From IMG/VR virus record IMGVR_UViG_3300048694_001134, positions 11,656 to 75,655 of that record: a DNA stretch of 64,000 nt. One strand, given 5' to 3'. Positions 59,191 through 64,000 of the stretch are shown here, piece by piece. The notes under the pieces were generated by a model. The model ran no database searches. It saw only the letters and a list, made by a program, of their open reading frames with translations, and had not been told where the DNA came from. The first letter of the stretch is position 1. The number at the start of each line of letters is the position of its first letter. The translations under genes and the position numbers were made by a program. The DNA comes from a virus.

Positions 59191-60789
59191 TTATCTTTCA
59201 TATTGTGAATCGACCATTTCTTTCCATCTCAATTCGTTAGCACCACTTAAGCGCCGCTGAGCGTTACGGTTGTCAATGACGGGTTTGAGGTAAGCACGTG
59301 CCACTTCTGCAGACAATGAGTCGGGAATCATTGCTTGTTGATACCCGCTGAACCCAGGAACATACCCCATCAAGCCAACCAACAACCCCTGTTGTGCTGT
59401 TTGAGCTTCAAGTGTAGTTGCCTTACCAGCATTCTTTGCAATCTCGACAGCCTTGGCAGCTACTTCCTTCTTAGCATCAACCTTACTGTCACCGGACTTC
59501 TTTTCAACCTTAGCAACTTCCGTATCAGTCTTCTTTTGATCTTGTGCCTTCTCTTCTTGTTTAGCAGCAGGAGGAGGAGGTGGTGGGGCAGCAGCAGCGT
59601 TTGCGGCTGTGGCTACTGGTGAGGCTCCAGGCGGCGGAGGTGGCGGTTGATTAACAACAGACGTAACAGAAGTTACGGATGTCGCAGATGTTGTTGAAGG
59701 AGTACTTAGTACGCTATCGACAGTTGAGTTAACAACGGTGACTTTTGCTGGGTCTGCTTTTGCAACTTCAACGGTCGTTGTCAGTTGTGAGTTGACTGCA
59801 GTCGTAACAGCAGGGTCAAGATTTGTTAGATACTTGATTGCATATGCTGTAGCATATCCTTCACACTTTGTGCTGTATAGAGAATCCTTTATACACTGAG
59901 CATTGAGGTATGCTTGATCGTAACCAGGACAATCAGTAGCGTATAGAGGATCTAGTGTACATTGTTGGTTCTTGTACGCAACTGCGTACCCGGGACAATC
60001 GGTAGCTGAAAGCGGGTCTGCGGCACATTGTTGTGTTTTGTAAGCTGCAGCATAGCCAGGACATGATGCGCTGTAGAGAGGATTTGCTGTACATTGTTGT
60101 GTTAGGTACGCAGCCTCATACCCAGGACATGATGGACTACTTAGAGGGTTGACGGAGCACTGATCGAACGTGTAGTTAACAGATAAGCTAATGTTCTTTA
60201 CTTGCGGTCCATAGTACCCTGCCCAAAATCTATCGTCCTTACCGGTAAAACTTAGATTGAAAGAATTGATTGTTGAAACGAGTAATGGATCTGTAAAAGA
60301 CTCAGCACCGCTTACACGTGTCCATCCGTCTGTTGTTTTTCCCATTGTCCAGTTCTTTGTGTGCAGAGCTGTACCGTCTGTACCATTGAATACGACCTGA
60401 GCCGTCAAAGAACCGCGAGAGTAATCTTGATTCAAGTAGTCCCAAGAATAGTTATAACCTAACCATGTCATACCGCTATTCTTGAGAGCGGTGCTTAGCG
60501 CATAGTTGTAGTTGATTGTTGCTTGGGAATACCCAAACATAAACGTGCCAGATGTTGTATTGTACCCTGGCTGGCTACCACCGGTTGTCCCACCTCCCGT
60601 TGAGGTAGTCGTAGTGAACCCCGACCACGTGTAGGGTGGTGTTGTTCCTGTTGGTACATTCAACGGATTAACTGTTGAGTATACCAGGTTGGGTGATGTG
60701 AGATTACCGGTCGGTAGGTTGCTCGTTGGCGTTTGAGCGGAACAGATTAGTGAACCAATTGCCAGAAGAGTTGCTATTATCTTTTTCAT
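59191..60789 (-). CDS. Exported protein with five 22-aa two-Cys repeats and Pro-rich linker
   Basis: Signal peptide MKKIIATLLAIGSLICSA; QCxxxPLxxxxCPGY repeats; PPPPP tracts. Confidence 0.8.
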   Translation of the reverse strand: MKKIIATLLAIGSLICSAQTPTSNLPTGNLTSPNLVYSTVNPLNVPTGTTPPYTWSGFTTTTSTGGGTTGGSQPGYNTTSGTFMFGYSQATINYNYALSTALKNSGMTWLGYNYSWDYLNQDYSRGSLTAQVVFNGTDGTALHTKNWTMGKTTDGWTRVSGAESFTDPLLVSTINSFNLSFTGKDDRFWAGYYGPQVKNISLSVNYTFDQCSVNPLSSPSCPGYEAAYLTQQCTANPLYSASCPGYAAAYKTQQCAADPLSATDCPGYAVAYKNQQCTLDPLYATDCPGYDQAYLNAQCIKDSLYSTKCEGYATAYAIKYLTNLDPAVTTAVNSQLTTTVEVAKADPAKVTVVNSTVDSVLSTPSTTSATSVTSVTSVVNQPPPPPPGASPVATAANAAAAPPPPPPAAKQEEKAQDQKKTDTEVAKVEKKSGDSKVDAKKEVAAKAVEIAKNAGKATTLEAQTAQQGLLVGLMGYVPGFSGYQQAMIPDSLSAEVARAYLKPVIDNRNAQRRLSGANELRWKEMVDSQYER

Positions 60790-61258
60790 TTACCACCTTT
60801 AGTGTGCCTGGCTTACGTTGCGGAGTTGCATCCCACTCCTGTTTAGCAGATTCACCAATCTTGCCGTTGATTGGGCAAGGTGTACCAGCATCCATCATTG
60901 CTTGGAAAACCCGTTCATCTTGACACATTGTTGCCACTGCTGCCACTTTCATTCCCATATCAAAGAGAGTCTTAGAAAGTTTTAGTCGTTCACAATTCAT
61001 GTCACGTGTTGTGAAACCAGATGAAAAACCTAAGATTTGCGTTTGAACGGCGCCGGACACACCAACCGTACATAGATCGGAGTTGATAGATGTGATTGCA
61101 GGAGCAATTGCTGATGGAGGCGGAGACTTAACTGTTGTCTCGCTGATTGAATTTGATGTGCTTCTCGAAGTCGAGTCAGTCACTATTGGCTCTGCTTGTG
61201 CGCTAGCCCATGATGCAAACATAACAAAAAGCACCAAAAACGGTAACTTTTTGAACAT
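60704..61258 (-). CDS. Exported four-Cys protein
   Basis: Signal peptide MFKKLPFLVLFVMFASWASA; PPPSAIAP, DLC, NCERLKL, MCQD, GTPCP. Confidence 0.78.
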   Translation of the reverse strand: MFKKLPFLVLFVMFASWASAQAEPIVTDSTSRSTSNSISETTVKSPPPSAIAPAITSINSDLCTVGVSGAVQTQILGFSSGFTTRDMNCERLKLSKTLFDMGMKVAAVATMCQDERVFQAMMDAGTPCPINGKIGESAKQEWDATPQRKPGTLKVVNEKDNSNSSGNWFTNLFRSNANEQPTDR

Positions 61259-61278
61259 TTCTTTTCCTTTTCGTAATG

Positions 61279-61307
61279 TTGACCATATCTTTTGGACGTG
61301 GTACAAT
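61279..61307 (+). promoter_or_regulatory. Sigma70-type (early) promoter
   Basis: TTGACC-17 bp-TACAAT with extended -10 TG. Confidence 0.65.
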
Positions 61308-61313
61308 ATGCAA

Positions 61314-61619
61314 ATGCTTAAATTTAACGAAACCCCAGACGGATACGTCTTCAGTATCAATAACAAACACCTTGCCGTTGGTGTATATGAGGGAGGTGGA
61401 TTCCATCTTCTTCATGATGACCAACTCGTAACATACAGCAACGCAATGGAGGCGTTCTCACACTTACGGTCTATTTATGAACCATCGACTCCTAGCCCGG
61501 ACACAATGAATTTATTCCTGACTCCAGCTCGAGCCATTGACAATATGTCAAAGTTCAAGTATAATGAGATTCTCAAAGACATTCCTAAAGAGGTATTCCA
61601 TGCCAATCTTCCTAATTAA
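61314..61619 (+). CDS. Hypothetical protein
   Basis: ORF after the promoter; start could be 61308 or 61314. Confidence 0.55.
   Translation: MLKFNETPDGYVFSINNKHLAVGVYEGGGFHLLHDDQLVTYSNAMEAFSHLRSIYEPSTPSPDTMNLFLTPARAIDNMSKFKYNEILKDIPKEVFHANLPN
61537..61565 (+). promoter_or_regulatory. Perfect sigma70 consensus promoter
   Basis: TTGACA (61537-61542)-17 bp-TATAAT (61560-61565), 35 nt before the next start. Confidence 0.85.
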
Positions 61620-61893
61620 TACTTTGTCAACTTTCCGTATGAAGTATGCTATTGAAGCCAAAACGCTTGAGCATGCAATGGATGAGCTAGTGTGTACAGA
61701 ACATGATCGTAGCTTTGATGAAGTTACACAGCGGTGGCTTGGAGAGCAGATCATGGATGCTCAGGTGGTAACAAAAGAGCAGTTGCAAGACATGCTCAAA
61801 CAATTGGCAGACGATAGAAACGAAAGTAGCTCCTATTGGATGGGAGAAAAACTAATTCACAAGGTGCAATATGAAAATTCAAGTAGTGAGTGA
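61600..61893 (+). CDS. Hypothetical protein
   Basis: RBS gaggt; MPIFLINTLSTFRMKYAIEA. Confidence 0.7.
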   Translation: MPIFLINTLSTFRMKYAIEAKTLEHAMDELVCTEHDRSFDEVTQRWLGEQIMDAQVVTKEQLQDMLKQLADDRNESSSYWMGEKLIHKVQYENSSSE

Positions 61894-62803
61894 TATCCAT
61901 CTCGAGTTTGGTCCAATCTCGATTGAAAATGCTGGCGACACGGATGTGCTCATCCTTAGTGGGGACATCTGTGTTGTTAAGGATCTAGCAGAGCGTGACT
62001 CATACAACATCAGAGGTGAAAATGACAAATCTAATAAATTCCATACGTTCTTTCAAGAATGCTGTGCTAGATTCCCTCATGTCGTCTATGTCATGGGGAA
62101 CCATGAACATTATCACGGTGATTTCAATGTTTCTGCTAGAGACATTCGTGATCGCCTTGGTTATCTGGTCAATCTGCACTTCCTAGAAAAAGAAAGTGTT
62201 ATGATCAATGACATTTTGTTTATTGGTGGTACGTTGTGGACGGATATGAACAAAGAGGATCCAATCACTCTTTCACGTATCCGTCACGTGATGAATGATT
62301 ACCAAATCATCGATGACTCGTCGGAGATGGTTAATTACAAGGCATACATTCCCAAGGACAAGCCTGAGGGTGTCACCGATCATCAGTGGCTCAATGAGAC
62401 TCCTCACGAGGATCGCCACCGCGTTGAATTCAAACAACGTCCTAGTTCTTTTTCTCCGCAGAAGTCTGTCGAGGAACACAAGGCCATGCTTGCTTTCATC
62501 AAGAATGAGATTGCAAGAGTTGGTGCGGAGACTAAGGTTGTAGTTGTTGGCCACCACTCCCCATCAAAGGCTTCAACGAAGCCTCGGTACGAGAAAGAAG
62601 TAATTGTGAACGGTGCTTATAGTTCGGATCTATCTGAATTAATTCTCGATCACCCACAGATCAAGTTGTGGACTCATGGTCATACGCACCACGAGTTTGA
62701 TTACATGATTGGTTCTACGCGTATCTTCTGCAATCCTCGTGGTTACATTGGATACGAAGGTCAAGCAGACACGTTTGATTTCCGCAAGGTCGTTGAAGTA
62801 TGA
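61871..62803 (+). CDS. Calcineurin-like metallophosphoesterase
   Basis: SDIHLE, GDI, GNHEHY, HH.P, HGHTH, NPRGY. Confidence 0.9.
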   Translation: MKIQVVSDIHLEFGPISIENAGDTDVLILSGDICVVKDLAERDSYNIRGENDKSNKFHTFFQECCARFPHVVYVMGNHEHYHGDFNVSARDIRDRLGYLVNLHFLEKESVMINDILFIGGTLWTDMNKEDPITLSRIRHVMNDYQIIDDSSEMVNYKAYIPKDKPEGVTDHQWLNETPHEDRHRVEFKQRPSSFSPQKSVEEHKAMLAFIKNEIARVGAETKVVVVGHHSPSKASTKPRYEKEVIVNGAYSSDLSELILDHPQIKLWTHGHTHHEFDYMIGSTRIFCNPRGYIGYEGQADTFDFRKVVEV

Positions 62804-63225
62804 CCGATTGGAATCAGCGGTTTATGGATCTCGCCCACCACGTCGCGGGTTGGTCAAAAGACCCGTCGACGAAGGTGGGTGCCGTTATTGTTAATGATAA
62901 GAGGCAAGTACTCAGTATGGGGTACAATGGGTTTCCAAGAGGTGTACATGATTGTAAAGAACGATACAGTGACAGACCTACAAAACTTAAATTTGTCGCT
63001 CATGCGGAGCGCAATGCTCTGGACAACGCCTATATTGATGTTGACGGCGCCACTCTTTATTCTACCTTATACCCTTGCTCTGACTGTGCAAAGGGAATTA
63101 TTCAACGTGGAATCAAAAGAGTAGTTACGTCGAAAGATTGGTACGACCAACAAGCTAAAATTTTTAGTTTTGACATTTCCGAGACAATGTTTAAAGAGGC
63201 AGACGTGGAAGTATGTCTAGTATAA
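62800..63225 (+). CDS. dCMP deaminase
   Basis: SKDPSTKVGA, GYNGFPRG, HAERNA, PCSDC. Confidence 0.93.
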   Translation: MTDWNQRFMDLAHHVAGWSKDPSTKVGAVIVNDKRQVLSMGYNGFPRGVHDCKERYSDRPTKLKFVAHAERNALDNAYIDVDGATLYSTLYPCSDCAKGIIQRGIKRVVTSKDWYDQQAKIFSFDISETMFKEADVEVCLV

Positions 63226-64000
63226 ACTACAACGACCTTAATACAAGAGGGTTCGTTGTAGTGCCTAACGTACTTGATAGACCAGCAATTGATAATATAC
63301 TGGTTGACTACTACAGAGCCAGAAAAGCGTTTGAAAGCAGTGGTAACTCCAACCAAAACTATAACATGCTTACTGGAGGGCCACATAAGGCTGTTCCGAA
63401 ATTAGCAACGGTTGTTGATGAAATTAATAAAACAACAAACGCCAACATTGATCTTATATCGGGTATTGGTAGTTATTTTGATAATTCACTGCTTCGTTTT
63501 GAGTGGCATCAAGATCATGAGCCATATTATATGTGGCAGATTGCGAAAGAATATCTCAACTTTTGGATTCCATTGATAAAGGAAGACACAAGTAAGGCCA
63601 ATATCCGCGTCGTTCCTTTTGACAAGCTACCGCCTGATGTATTTGATCAATACATTTTTAATCGTGGCGCACAAATGTTCGAATCGTCAGATACATCGAC
63701 AATTATAAAAAACGATAACGAAGAGACGCGCACGGTTGTAGAAGGTCTCTTGTTCAATGAAATATGTGAGGTACCAACTCTGAGGGAAGGCGATGCTTTG
63801 ATTATGCGTGGAGACTTAGTACACGCAACGGAGATATCTAATATTCACAGAGTAGCCGTTAGTATAAAAGCTCTTGATTGTCACGACCGCGTCGTCACCA
63901 AAGAAAAGTTCTTTAACGGAAGTAAATCAAAGCAAACTACAATATTAAAGAACAAAAATGATTATGCGTACCACGTGAAGAAGTTTCAAGAGGAGAAGGC
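63213..64000 (+). CDS. PhyH-like 2OG-Fe(II) dioxygenase (3'-truncated; not in ORF track)
   Basis: Translated by hand: RGFVVVPNVL, WHQD, LNFWIPL, GDALIMRGDLVHAT; appears open to the window end. Confidence 0.75.
   Translation, partial: MSSINYNDLNTRGFVVVPNVLDRPAIDNILVDYYRARKAFESSGNSNQNYNMLTGGPHKAVPKLATVVDEINKTTNANIDLISGIGSYFDNSLLRFEWHQDHEPYYMWQIAKEYLNFWIPLIKEDTSKANIRVVPFDKLPPDVFDQYIFNRGAQMFESSDTSTIIKNDNEETRTVVEGLLFNEICEVPTLREGDALIMRGDLVHATEISNIHRVAVSIKALDCHDRVVTKEKFFNGSKSKQTTILKNKNDYAYHVKKFQEEK

Noticed and set aside
61472-61479. Minus-strand late-promoter variant CATAAATA for the reverse operon
   Set aside because: One mismatch, over 200 nt from the start, easily by chance.

Overview
A densely coding 64-kb segment of a large T4-like myophage in the standard genetic code, with gene order like aquatic T4-related phages. 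Host cannot be assigned from sequence alone. Left to right: baseplate genes (gp7-like, gp8, and a VrlC/DUF4815-like protein apparently split into three ORFs around a Hint domain and a permuted papain-like enzyme); tail-fibre-like repeat proteins; two paralogous aromatic-x-Gly-x repeat proteins followed by a block of modifying enzymes (2 glycosyltransferases, oxygenase, sulfotransferase-like, methyltransferase); the core morphogenesis block gp13-gp23 and gp3; uvsY, uvsW, gp55, gp47, gp46; a 7-deazaguanine DNA-modification cluster (queE, queD, folE, QueD-paralog/DpdL-like, TGT-fold DpdA-like; no queC in the window); nucleotide metabolism, gp45/gp44/gp62/regA; a reverse-strand operon of exported/membrane proteins; and early-type genes. 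Strongest observations: (1) the two repeat proteins are mirror-symmetric in protein sequence (97 vs 96 tetrapeptide units; 28 of 31 Phe/Trp positions match in mirror register), pointing to giant fold-back hairpin fibres with a three-loop tip, next to a putative decoration enzyme set; (2) the poly-Gly-Hint / permuted-papain cassette inside a split baseplate gene; (3) a QueC-less deazaguanine pathway bracketed by sugar enzymes. All family assignments come from motif recognition by eye; no searches were run. No tRNA, rRNA, CRISPR array or transposase was seen.
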